Assembly: GCA_022563655.1 (NCBI GenBank)
Contig: JADFMW010000002.1
Location: 1 to 38,287, forward strand
DNA from: Pseudomonadota bacterium
Lineage (GTDB): Bacteria > Pseudomonadota > Alphaproteobacteria > JAAXGF01
Length of the DNA stretch: 38,287 bases
Reading direction: 5' to 3'
The notes below the pieces were generated by a model. It did not search any database and was not told the origin of the DNA. It saw only the letters and a list, made by a program, of their open reading frames with translations. Both the position numbers and the translations under genes were made by a program. Positions 10,072 through 18,483 of this stretch are shown piece by piece (within the stretch, counting starts at the first letter, position 1; each line of letters starts with the position of its first letter).

Positions 10072-10105
10072 TGAATCAGGCGTTAACGGGCGGCAGACTT
10101 TGCCT
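10072..10105 (-). promoter_or_regulatory. Putative fliF class II promoter region: CtrA-like box (TTAA-N7-TTCA in gene orientation) abutting a GGCA-N5-TGCC dyad
   Basis: Plus strand tgaatcaggcgttaac (10072-10087) reads GTTAA-CGCCTGA-TTCA on the gene strand. The dyad CGGCAGACTTTGCCT lies at 10091-10105. The region is 56-90 nt upstream of ATG 10016. Confidence 0.4.
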
Positions 10106-10194
10106 AGAGGCTGGGGAAATATTTGCCAGGCAGTGCGCCGACGAGGGGTTGGCTTGCCCGCGCCCGTTGCGACGCCGGGGTATTCGGGCCTACG

Positions 10195-10488
10195 CTACTC
10201 GGCAAGATCCGAGGAGGCGCGGTACTCTTGCAGCCGGGTTACGCGGAGGCCGCGCAAGCCGTGCCTGTCTATGGCGTTCTCCCACGAGAGGAACTCCTCT
10301 ACCGACAGGGTATAGCGGCGGCACGCCTCCTCGAGGCTGATCAGCCCGGCGTTCACTGCCTCGACCACGGCGGCCTTGCGCCGCACGACCCAGCGCGTGG
10401 TGTTGGCCGGCGGCAAGCCATCCGGCGCCGCCGAAACTCCGTGCGGTCGCCTGACGGTTGCTTGCTGCTCTCGCGCGACTTCGTTCAT
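10195..10488 (-). CDS. DUF1153-type small helix-turn-helix protein, SciP-like (CtrA-associated regulator)
   Basis: LPPANTTRWVVRRKAAVVEAVNAGLISLEEACRRYTLSVEEFLSWENAIDRHGLRGLRVTRLQEYR matches my recollection of the DUF1153/SciP family. Its position between flgE and fliF mirrors Caulobacter. Start is ATG 10488 or GTG 10497. Confidence 0.6.
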   Translation of the reverse strand: MNEVAREQQATVRRPHGVSAAPDGLPPANTTRWVVRRKAAVVEAVNAGLISLEEACRRYTLSVEEFLSWENAIDRHGLRGLRVTRLQEYRASSDLAE

Positions 10489-10541
10489 CGGTGCCACCTG
10501 AGGCTACCTGCTGGTATGCTGCACAGCCTACTCGGCGGGTT

Positions 10542-10592
10542 TTAAAATTTGCCTAAGGAAAAGGGTTAACTATTTGTGGCGAAAGGGTTAAC
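10542..10592 (-). promoter_or_regulatory. CtrA-like box (TTAG-N7-TTAA in gene orientation) plus two GTTAAC palindromes upstream of the SciP-like gene
   Basis: ttaaaatttgcctaa at 10542-10556. GTTAAC at 10565-10570 and 10587-10592, 22 bp apart. The region is 54-104 nt upstream of ATG 10488. Confidence 0.35.
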
Positions 10593-10623
10593 CGGCCCGG
10601 CGGCGAAGCGCCGCCGGGCCGGT
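10591..10623 (-). terminator. Stem-loop downstream of flgE (15-bp perfect GC-rich stem, 3-nt loop)
   Basis: accggcccggcggcg-aag-cgccgccgggccggt is a perfect inverted repeat starting 19 nt after the flgE stop. The trailing U-tract is weak (UAACCCUUUC). Confidence 0.55.
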
Positions 10624-10642
10624 GCTAGCCAACCGGCGGAGG

Positions 10643-12355
10643 CTATCGCCTGATCCGGATCAGCTCGTCGAGCATGTCGTCGACGGTGGTGATCACCCGC
10701 GAGCTCGCGGCGAACGCGCGCTGGGTGATGATCATGTTGGTGAACTCCTCGCCGATGTCGACGTTCGCGGACTCGAGCGCGGACGGGGCGACGGTTCCGG
10801 CGCCGCCCTCCCCGGACTCGTGCAGGTTGAATTCGCCCGAATCCTGGGTGCGCGCATAAACGTTTCCGGTGCGCGCCTCGAGCCTGGAGACGTCGGCGAA
10901 GGTGGCGATCGGCAGCTTGAAGACGCGCTGCGTCTCGCCGTTGCTGAACGAGGCGATGACGACGCCCTCATCGTCGATGGAAATGCCGTTCAGCTGGCCG
11001 ACCTCGGAACCGTTCTGGTTGACGAAGGAGACGTTGAAGCCGCCGGCGAACTGGCTCAGCCCGTCGGTCAAGCCGCTGCCGAGCGGACCCGCCGTGCCTA
11101 AGTCGAAGATGATGGCGCTGGGGGTGGCCCCGCCGCTCCAGGCGATTGCCGACGGGTCGGAGATGCTGCTGGCGACGCTGGAAAGGCTGCCGTCGCCGTT
11201 GAAGGTGATCTCGCCGGTGGCGATCTGGCCGTTGACGAGCGGGCTGCCCACGGTCACTTCGTCGGGCGGGTTGGCGAATATCTCGACCGCCCAGGTGTTG
11301 TTGGCGACCTTGAGAAAGGAAATCTGCAGGTCGTGACCCGTGCCTTGGGCGTCGAACACGCGGACCGCGCGGCTGAAGTGGGCGCCGGTGGTGGCCGAGG
11401 CCATGTTCCTGGTGGCGTCCGTCGGGTCGTAGGTTTTGGTGGTCGTGACCGGCGAGGTGCCGCCGAACAGGTCGGTGCCGACGGTGCCAGTGGTGTCGGT
11501 GATGACCAGGTCTTTGCGCGAGTCGGCCCCGCTCACGGTGAGCGCGACATCGTTGGTCGGGCCGCCGATCTGCGCCGTCAGGCCGCTGACCGCGTTGATC
11601 AGGTCGGCGAGCTCTTGCAGCGTCGTGAACTGGTTGGCTCCGAGCGCCGCGTTGTACTCGAAGGTGCCGAGCACCGAGGTGCCGTTGCTGATCGTGAACG
11701 TGTCGCCCGTCGTCAGGCTGAAGGGCGCGGCGCCAAGGTCGGTCGCGGCCGTGACGCCGTTGGCGATGGTTGAGTCCTGCGGGCCGGCGAGGATGGTCTG
11801 CGAGGCCGAGAGGTTGGCGCCGAGCGCCACGGTCGTGGTCGCCGCGGCGGCCCCGTTGATCGAGCTCGCGGACACCGTGGCGAGGCTCGCCAGGTCGGCG
11901 CTCGATGTGGTGTTGGTGGTGTTGCCGGGCTCGCCGGGGATGAGGCCGTTAGGGTCGAGCGCCCAGCCCTGGAGATAGAAACCGGCCGTGTTGACGAGAT
12001 TGCCGAGGGCGTCCTGGCGGAACGAGCCGGCGCGCGTGTACAGCACCTGGCCGGAGCCGTCGGCGCTGGTGTTGACGACGAAGAAACCCTGGCCGGAGAT
12101 CGCCAGATCGGTGGACGAGGCGCTCGCCTGCACGAGGCCTTGCTGGTCGACCAGCGCGACCGGGCGCGTGCGCACGCCGCCGGGCGAGAACGAGGTGGCC
12201 GTCGCCGCGGTCGTGACGAGCGTTTCGAATCTTGCGGTCGTCGCCTTAAAGCCGGTCGTGTTCAGGTTGGCGATGTTGTCCGAGATGATCCCCATCGCCA
12301 CGCTTTGGGCTTTGAGGGCGGACACCCCGGAGAATAACGATCCGAATAGACTCAT
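10643..12355 (-). CDS. flgE: Flagellar hook protein FlgE
   Basis: N-terminus MSLFGSLFSGVSALKAQSVAMGIISDNIANLNTTGFK and C-terminus LESANVDIGEEFTNMIITQRAFAASSRVITTVDDMLDELIRI are the canonical rod/hook axial-protein termini. 570 aa, with AGAGGAGA ahead of the ATG. Confidence 0.9.
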   Translation of the reverse strand: MSLFGSLFSGVSALKAQSVAMGIISDNIANLNTTGFKATTARFETLVTTAATATSFSPGGVRTRPVALVDQQGLVQASASSTDLAISGQGFFVVNTSADGSGQVLYTRAGSFRQDALGNLVNTAGFYLQGWALDPNGLIPGEPGNTTNTTSSADLASLATVSASSINGAAAATTTVALGANLSASQTILAGPQDSTIANGVTAATDLGAAPFSLTTGDTFTISNGTSVLGTFEYNAALGANQFTTLQELADLINAVSGLTAQIGGPTNDVALTVSGADSRKDLVITDTTGTVGTDLFGGTSPVTTTKTYDPTDATRNMASATTGAHFSRAVRVFDAQGTGHDLQISFLKVANNTWAVEIFANPPDEVTVGSPLVNGQIATGEITFNGDGSLSSVASSISDPSAIAWSGGATPSAIIFDLGTAGPLGSGLTDGLSQFAGGFNVSFVNQNGSEVGQLNGISIDDEGVVIASFSNGETQRVFKLPIATFADVSRLEARTGNVYARTQDSGEFNLHESGEGGAGTVAPSALESANVDIGEEFTNMIITQRAFAASSRVITTVDDMLDELIRIRR

Positions 12356-12430
12356 TTTTAATCTCCTCTAAGAGGTACGCGGTTGAGGTGAACTAGCTGC
12401 GAAGTATCGCGCTGTGGGTGGTGCGCCGTG

Positions 12431-13108
12431 TCATTGCGAGGGCGGCTGCTGGGCAGCGCCCGCGATGACCGAAACGACGTTTTCGAACGGCACGGTGATG
12501 CCGTTGACGACGAGAACAAGCTTGCTCTCGAGCGTTTCTATGCCGGTGACCCGGCCGCTGATCATGGTGGTGACGGGAACGATGTTGCCGTTCGCGTCGC
12601 GCGCCGAGAGGCTGATCTTGTAGACGCCCTCGGGTTGCGCCACGCCGTCGGTGTTGCGGCCGTCCCAGTCGAAGACGTGTTCGCCTGCGCTGGTTCCGCC
12701 ATCGCCCGTGAACGCCACCTCGCCCTGGTCGTTGGTGATCATGATGCCCGTCGAGGCGGCCGTCTCGGGCAGGCGGTAGAGGTATATCGCCTTGCCGTCG
12801 GCCAGCACGGTGGTGTCGCCCTTGGCCTCGATGGTGGTGCCGAGGTAGCCGATCGCCGAGGCCGACTGGCTGAGCTTGAACAGGTTTATCAGCGCCTCGA
12901 GATTGGCGTTGCTCCTGACCGCCTGCTCGACCCCCGTGAAGCTCACGAGCTGCGCCACGAAGTCGTTCGAATCGAGCGGGTCGAGCGGGTCCTGGTGCTG
13001 CAGCTGGGTCGTCAGCAAGGTGAGGAAGTTGTCAAAGTCGACGGCCAGCGTGGTGCGCGCACGCTCGGCGGCGCTCGCGGGGGCAGGTGTGACCGGGTGT
13101 ATTTCCAT
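12431..13108 (-). CDS. flgD: Flagellar hook capping/assembly protein FlgD
   Basis: FDNFLTLLTTQLQHQDPLDPLDSNDFVAQLVSFTGVEQ is the FlgD N-terminal signature. The C-terminal FlgD Ig-like region contains FDWDGRNTDGVAQPEGVY. Confidence 0.9.
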   Translation of the reverse strand: MEIHPVTPAPASAAERARTTLAVDFDNFLTLLTTQLQHQDPLDPLDSNDFVAQLVSFTGVEQAVRSNANLEALINLFKLSQSASAIGYLGTTIEAKGDTTVLADGKAIYLYRLPETAASTGIMITNDQGEVAFTGDGGTSAGEHVFDWDGRNTDGVAQPEGVYKISLSARDANGNIVPVTTMISGRVTGIETLESKLVLVVNGITVPFENVVSVIAGAAQQPPSQ

Positions 13109-13120
13109 TGTCTTAGTACC

Positions 13121-14506
13121 TCAGACTTCGATATCGAGCGCGTGATTCGACGCGCTGGTGGGTGGGCTGGCGAACTCGTTCGCCTCTTCCGCCGCGGCCG
13201 TGGGGTAGGCGGGCTCGGGGTCCGCCGGGGCGGCGCCGTCGGCGGGATCATGGTGGCCGTCGCCACGCAGGTTGAAGCTCAGGCTGCCCGAGTCGGTGCG
13301 CAGGCCGGCGTCCTGCAGCGCCCGCTCGAGCCCGCGCGCGTCGCGCTGCAACAGCTCGAGCGTGTCGGATCGGTCGGCGGCGATGACCGCCGAGACGCGG
13401 CCGTCGGACGCCACGTCGAGGGTGATGTTGATGGTGCCGAGCGCCGCCGGCTTAAGCTGGATGGTGATGCGATCGAGACCCTTGCGAATCGCGATTTGCA
13501 GTTGCAGGGCGACCTGCTCGGCCGGTGGCTGCGGCGTGCTCGGCGCGCGCTCCGCCTGAAGCGCGGACTCGGGCGGGTTCGACGCGGCCTGCGCCGGCTG
13601 TTGTTGAGCGGGGTTGACGCCCTGCGCACGCGCCGCGCCGCCGTCCTGCGGCTGGGTCGCGAGCTCGAGCACCTCGACCAAGGCAGGAAGGGGCCGGTCG
13701 CTGCTCTGTGCGGGTGCCGGGCTTGTTGCTTCGCCGTCGACCACCGCAGCACCGCCTGGCGCCGTGCCGAGCGTTGCCGGTTTCGTCGTCGTCCCGGCTT
13801 GGCGCGGTGGCGCGAGCGTCCCCGCCGCGGCGGCGGCCTCGGCCGTCGGCTGTTCGGCGGGTGGAGCGTGCGAAGCGGGTCCGGCTGCTACTGCCGCGGT
13901 GGCGAACTGGCCGATCGGCGCCATGGGCGCGCGCGCCGCGATGGTGAGCGCAATACCGGCGGGGCTGGTGGCCGCGGGAACAGCGGGGGTGGCGGCGGAC
14001 GCGGGACTGGCCGGTATGGCTGTGGTCGCGGGAGTGGCCGGGGTGGCGGCGGTCGCGGGGCTCGCCGGGGCGGCTGCGACCGCGGGACTTGCCGGAGTGG
14101 TGGCCGCGGGGCCGGCCGGGGCGGCAGGCGGGACGCCGTCCTGGGCGAAGGCGGGCGGAACGTTGATCGGAGCGGCCGGCGCGGTGTTGACCAAAATGGC
14201 GGCGGGCGCGGTGCTGGTGAGGCCGGGCTGAGCTGCGCCGGGGTTGGTCACGAGCGCTGCGAATGGCGCTCCCACGGCGCCCGCGTCGAGCAAAAGCCCC
14301 AGCGGCGGGCCGTCGGGGGTGCTTTCCGGGGCGCTTTCGGGTTGGCCCTCTAGCGGCGCGGCGCCTGGCACGAGTCGCGGGTCCGTGCCCGCGACCGTGG
14401 CCATCAGCACGGCGAACGTAGGTACGCCTGCGCCGGCGGCGCTCGCGGCCGCCGGGTTGGCGCCTGGCAACAGGGCCTCGCTGAGAAACGCAACCGGAAC
14501 CGTCAC
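13121..14506 (-). CDS. fliK: Flagellar hook-length control protein FliK
   Basis: Pro/Ala-rich central region with ATPA/SPA repeats. C-terminal Flg_hook domain: ITIQLKPAALGTINITLDVASDGRVSAVIAADRSDTLELLQRDARGLERALQDAGL. GTG 14506 (AGGGGA 7 nt upstream) is preferred over the ORF-track TTG 14527, which lies about 6 nt from the predicted sigma54 transcription start. Confidence 0.8.
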   Translation of the reverse strand: MTVPVAFLSEALLPGANPAAASAAGAGVPTFAVLMATVAGTDPRLVPGAAPLEGQPESAPESTPDGPPLGLLLDAGAVGAPFAALVTNPGAAQPGLTSTAPAAILVNTAPAAPINVPPAFAQDGVPPAAPAGPAATTPASPAVAAAPASPATAATPATPATTAIPASPASAATPAVPAATSPAGIALTIAARAPMAPIGQFATAAVAAGPASHAPPAEQPTAEAAAAAGTLAPPRQAGTTTKPATLGTAPGGAAVVDGEATSPAPAQSSDRPLPALVEVLELATQPQDGGAARAQGVNPAQQQPAQAASNPPESALQAERAPSTPQPPAEQVALQLQIAIRKGLDRITIQLKPAALGTINITLDVASDGRVSAVIAADRSDTLELLQRDARGLERALQDAGLRTDSGSLSFNLRGDGHHDPADGAAPADPEPAYPTAAAEEANEFASPPTSASNHALDIEV

Positions 14507-14544
14507 TACGGTATCCCCTGATGACAATCCTGGCCTTCGCTAAA

Positions 14545-14559
14545 GCAATTCGCGGGCCA
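14545..14559 (-). promoter_or_regulatory. Sigma54 (-24/-12) promoter of the fliK-flgD-flgE hook operon
   Basis: The gene strand reads TTGGCCCGCGAATTGCT, i.e. TGGCCC-N5-TTGC with exact GG-N10-GC spacing, about 39 nt upstream of GTG 14506. Confidence 0.65.
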
Positions 14560-14663
14560 ACTCGGGGATCGCGCTAACATGTTGAAATTGATTGTTCTTT
14601 TCTGGAGCCGCGGGCCGTGCCCGGACACAGGCAGGTGCCGTTGGGTAATCCCTGCTGGGGCGG

Positions 14664-14678
14664 CGGCAGTTTGTGCCG
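14664..14678. promoter_or_regulatory. Dyad CGGCA-N5-TGCCG, candidate FlbD enhancer (ftr-like) for the hook operon
   Basis: CGGCAGTTTGTGCCG is a perfect 5+5 dyad centred about 115 bp upstream of the sigma54 element at 14545-14559. Confidence 0.45.
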
Positions 14679-14725
14679 AATGCCTGGAGTGCGGGCTTCC
14701 GTCGTCGTGAGCGCGGCCGCCGGGG

Positions 14726-14755
14726 CAAACGAAACGCCGGCGCGAGGGCGCCGGC
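14726..14755 (-). terminator. Probable intrinsic terminator after fliS
   Basis: GCCGGCGC-GAGG-GCGCCGGC hairpin at 14736-14755, followed on the gene strand by GTTTCGTTTG. It starts about 50 nt after the fliS stop. Confidence 0.4.
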
Positions 14756-14804
14756 GCGGCGGTGGGCGAATGGTGGGAAGGCGCGGCGGCGCCCTCGCGC
14801 CGGT

Positions 14805-15368
14805 TCAGGCCGTGCTGAACACGCGGCCGCTCGGGGCCGGCTCGTGCGTCTTCTTGTCGCGGCCGTAGCTCGGTGCCGCGGCGTCCGGCGACGCTTGCGC
14901 TTCGCGCTCCGCGGGTACCGCGCCGTTGGTGAGCAGACGTCGGTCGAGCTCGCACCATGAGCGGTGCAAGGGCTCGAGCAAGCCGATCACCGCACGCGCC
15001 GGGGCGGGGTCGTTGCGCAGATCGACGGTGGCGAGCTGGCGCATCATGAACGTATACAGCCGCTTGAGGTCGCCGGCGATTTCACCGCCGCGCTCGAGGT
15101 CGAGCGTGAGCAGCAGATGCTCGATGATGTCGATGGCGCGCTTGTTGGCGCGCCAACGCCGCTCGATCTCGCCGGTCTCGATGGCCTGGATGGCTTGGCG
15201 CAGCGCGGTGATCGCGGCTTCGTACAATTTGGCGACGAGCCGCGCCGGCGACGCGGTCAGGATTTCCTGCGCCCGATACGCGTTCGCGCCGCCGCTTCTC
15301 GGGGCCGCTTCGCCGCGCGAGGCTCCGTCCGGTGTTTGCCGGGGCCGCGGTGATCCCTCGGCTTTCAT
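14805..15368 (-). CDS. fliS: Flagellin-specific export chaperone FliS (with about 35-aa basic N-terminal extension)
   Basis: YRAQEILTASPARLVAKLYEAAI...IERRWRANKRAIDIIEHLLLTLDLERGGEIAGDLKRLYTFMMRQL...LLEPLHRSW follows the FliS four-helix pattern. Its ATG overlaps the fliD stop (ATGA). Confidence 0.85.
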   Translation of the reverse strand: MKAEGSPRPRQTPDGASRGEAAPRSGGANAYRAQEILTASPARLVAKLYEAAITALRQAIQAIETGEIERRWRANKRAIDIIEHLLLTLDLERGGEIAGDLKRLYTFMMRQLATVDLRNDPAPARAVIGLLEPLHRSWCELDRRLLTNGAVPAEREAQASPDAAAPSYGRDKKTHEPAPSGRVFSTA

Positions 15369-18355
15369 CGTCTATTCGCCAGCACTTCGAAGGTTTGACG
15401 GATCGATTCGAGAAGGGTTTCCATCCGCGCCAGCGCCTGTTCCGCGGCGATGAACCGCGCGGTCATCGATTCGCGCAGGATCGCGAGTCGTCTGTCGATG
15501 CCATCGATGCGGTCCTGGGCAGTTATGTTCTGCCCTTCGAGCGTGGCGATCTCGCCCTGGATCGCGCCGTTCGTCTTGTCGAGGAAACCGTCCAGCGTGA
15601 AGTACGTCTGGGCCCCGACGCCGATGGTGAAATCGAGCTGAATGCCCGAGGTGCTCGCGGCGCCCGAATAGAACACCTGCAAGCCCTCGGCGCCGCTTTG
15701 GAGCGAGACCGTGAGCGCGCGGCCGCTGATCGATACCGTGCCGTCGCCGCTGCCGTCGGCGGCGCCGTTGATGTTGGCCGAGTCGATGATGTTGGCGTCG
15801 GGCGTGAACGACATCTTGGTCAGCAGGTCGCCGGTGTCGTTGTCGATGACCAACGGATCGATGCTCGAGTTGACCGCGATGTGCGCGCCGGTCGTGTCGT
15901 CGACGACGATTGCGGTGACACCGCTGATGGCCGCGTCGTTGATCGCCGTGGCAAGCGTCTCGAGGGTGTCGGTCGTTACGTCGTAGGCGACGGCGAAGCC
16001 GTTGATGTCGAAGGTCCCCGAGGTGGTGGCGCCGGTGCTGCTCGCGTCGTCGAGCGTCGCCGTCTTGTCGACGACGATCGCCGAGTTCTGGTCGAAGTTG
16101 CCTATGGTGCCGATGTTGAGCGTGTAGCCGCTGGTGTTGAAGCTGGTATTGCCGGTGAAGCTGATGAGGGAGACGTTGGGGTCGGAGCTGCTAAATTCGA
16201 ACGTAAACAGCCGGCGCACGTCGTCGATGTTGCCCAGCAGCGCCGTGTCGAGCTTCGTGTCGTCGATCCCGAGCGTGTTGAAGTCGAGCTCGCTGCTCTG
16301 CTCGGCGTTGTTGACCAGATCGACGCCGATCTGCGCCAGCACCGAGAAGTCGATGCTCACGCCCGTCGCGCCCAGGCCCACGATGTTGGCGAGCTGGCTG
16401 CGTACGTCGTTCATGATCCGGCTGCCGAACAGGACCCCGCTCTCGTCTCCTTTGAGACCGGTGGCCGGGTCGACCTGGTTTTCCGTGTTGATGAAGACGC
16501 GCACGGCGTTGTAGGCGTCGACCAGACCCACGATCGCCGACTTCACCGCCGCCAGGTCCTGCTCGATGTCGATCTTGATTTTGGTGTCCGGCTCGCTTTG
16601 GAACAGCGATAGCGTAACGCCGGCGAAGATGTCGGAGATAGTGTTGCCCGAGCGCTCGATCACCAGGTCGTTGTCGACGCCAAGATTGCCCAGGAGCCCG
16701 GTAGTGTCGGTGACGGTGAGCGAGGCGTTGGTGGTGGTGATGTCCATGCGGAAGCCGGCGCCGTCCTCGACCACCGTGGCGGTGACGTTGGCGACGGTGC
16801 TGGTGATGCGGTCGGCGATGTCCTGGAGCGAATCGACGCTGGCGTCGTAAGAGACCGACGTCGCATCGACCAGGAAGCTGCCGGTCGCGTTGGTCACCGA
16901 GATCACGTCCGCGAGGTCGCCCGTCTTGCTGGTGATCACGTTCGATTCGAAGCGGTCGGCGTCGACCAGCCCGTCGGCGGTCAGGCGCGCCGTCTGCGCC
17001 TTCTGCAGCACGTTGGCGAACGGGTTGCCGCTCGACATCACCAGGTTCTCGAGCTCGTGCAGCTCGATCGAGGCCGCTGTCTCGGTGCCGTCGAAGGTCG
17101 CGGTCACGTTGAACTCTATATCGAGCGAGTTGCCGCCGCCGTCGCTCAGCGTGACGGTCTTGAGCCCGGTCGAGGTTCCGTCGAAGGTGCCGCTGAAGGC
17201 GCCCGCCGTGATCGTGATGGCGGCGGGGGTCGCTAGACTTCCGAAGGTCAGCGTCGTCGAGGCGATGCCCGAGACGTCGCCGGTGCTGTCGGTGATCTTG
17301 ATCGTCGCGGCATCGATCGCGCCGGTGCCCAGGGTGATCGACGCCGTGTCGGCTGCGACGGTGATGTCGGTGCTCTTGTCGAAGTTCTCGTTGAGCACGA
17401 TGCTAACGCCGAACGAGTCGAAGCTCGCGGTCTCGATCTTGCCGGTTGCGATCGCGGTCGACGACAGCGTCGCCGTGTCGGTGGCGCCGTCGCCGCGCGT
17501 CAGGGTAAGGAGCTTGGTGGCGCTGTCGTAGCTGATCAGGAAGGCCGAGTCGCTTTGCGTGCCGTCGAAGGCGACGTGTGCGAACCCGTCGGCGCTTTCG
17601 ACCTTGCTGGCCGCGAGCCCGTTGCGGAACCCGGCGGTGCCGTTGGTCGACGACAGCCCAAGGCTAGACAGCACGGTTCCCGAATCGGTGATCACCAGGT
17701 CGGCGCCGGTCGCGTCGTTGGTGATGATGAGGTAGTGCTCGGTGCTGGTCACCGTGACGATGCTCGCGGTCACGCCGCTTGGCGTGGTGCCGGTGTTGGC
17801 GTTGTTGATGCGCTCGCGGATGTCGAGCAGGCTGTCCGTTGCCGCGACGGTGATCGTGGTGTCGGTGGAAGCGCCGGTGATGGTGAAGCTGCCCGAGATG
17901 GCGAGCGCGTCGGACTGGCTGGCGAACGCCGTGCTGGAGATCTTGTGCGCGGTGGCGATGCGCCTGATCTCGATTTCGTGGCTGCCGGTGGCGGCGGCGC
18001 TGGTCACGCTCACCCCCATCAGGCTGCCGGCGGCCGCCGGCGTCTGGCCGTCGGTGCGGCTGGTCGAGGCGAACACTTGGTTGTTGTTGAATATGTCTCC
18101 CGAGCCGCCGACCGTCACGGCGCCGCGCAAGGTGCTCACGGCGTTCTTGAGGCTGTCCATGAGCGCGCGCAGATCGGTGAGCGCGGCGATCTCCTCTTCG
18201 TTGCCCGTGATTCGGGTCTCCAGGGTAACCGCCGGGATCCGCTTGGCCGCGATGATGGCGTCGACGGTGCCGACGAAGTCGATGCCCGTCGCGAGGCCCG
18301 AGAACGACGCGCGGCCCGAGCTGTCGACGACGAGACTATCGAGGTTCAGAGGCAT
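15365..18355 (-). CDS. fliD: Flagellar filament cap protein FliD (HAP2), unusually large at 996 aa
   Basis: N-terminus FSGLATGIDFVGTVDAIIAAKRIP...LTDLRALMDSLKNAV. Central VLFGSRIMNDVRSQL...LAQIGVDL...LGIDDTKLDTALLGNIDDVRRLF. C-terminal coiled coil IATLEGQNITAQDRIDGIDRRLAILRESMTARFIAAEQALARMETLLESI. All are FliD hallmarks. Confidence 0.9.
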   Translation of the reverse strand: MPLNLDSLVVDSSGRASFSGLATGIDFVGTVDAIIAAKRIPAVTLETRITGNEEEIAALTDLRALMDSLKNAVSTLRGAVTVGGSGDIFNNNQVFASTSRTDGQTPAAAGSLMGVSVTSAAATGSHEIEIRRIATAHKISSTAFASQSDALAISGSFTITGASTDTTITVAATDSLLDIRERINNANTGTTPSGVTASIVTVTSTEHYLIITNDATGADLVITDSGTVLSSLGLSSTNGTAGFRNGLAASKVESADGFAHVAFDGTQSDSAFLISYDSATKLLTLTRGDGATDTATLSSTAIATGKIETASFDSFGVSIVLNENFDKSTDITVAADTASITLGTGAIDAATIKITDSTGDVSGIASTTLTFGSLATPAAITITAGAFSGTFDGTSTGLKTVTLSDGGGNSLDIEFNVTATFDGTETAASIELHELENLVMSSGNPFANVLQKAQTARLTADGLVDADRFESNVITSKTGDLADVISVTNATGSFLVDATSVSYDASVDSLQDIADRITSTVANVTATVVEDGAGFRMDITTTNASLTVTDTTGLLGNLGVDNDLVIERSGNTISDIFAGVTLSLFQSEPDTKIKIDIEQDLAAVKSAIVGLVDAYNAVRVFINTENQVDPATGLKGDESGVLFGSRIMNDVRSQLANIVGLGATGVSIDFSVLAQIGVDLVNNAEQSSELDFNTLGIDDTKLDTALLGNIDDVRRLFTFEFSSSDPNVSLISFTGNTSFNTSGYTLNIGTIGNFDQNSAIVVDKTATLDDASSTGATTSGTFDINGFAVAYDVTTDTLETLATAINDAAISGVTAIVVDDTTGAHIAVNSSIDPLVIDNDTGDLLTKMSFTPDANIIDSANINGAADGSGDGTVSISGRALTVSLQSGAEGLQVFYSGAASTSGIQLDFTIGVGAQTYFTLDGFLDKTNGAIQGEIATLEGQNITAQDRIDGIDRRLAILRESMTARFIAAEQALARMETLLESIRQTFEVLANRR

Positions 18356-18483
18356 TTCGGTGTCCGGTCGGTGAGGCTAGGCAACTTTTATCGCAACCCG
18401 AACCGCTCCCGTCGAAACCGCTGCGGCGCTTGTGGCGTCCATCGCGCCCTCGCTTCGCCCTCGGCGCCGACGTCCGCGGGGAG

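Noticed and set aside
12428-14353. 641-aa plus-strand ORF antisense to flgD and fliK
   Set aside because: Gly/Arg-rich shadow frame. flgD and fliK on the minus strand have clear family signatures.
18356-18483. Search for a fliD promoter; a GCGATAA -10-like sigma28 element is present in rc GGGTTGCGATAAAAG
   Set aside because: No properly spaced TAAA -35 element and no GG-N10-GC element were found. This is not enough for a call, so the fliD-fliS promoter remains unassigned.
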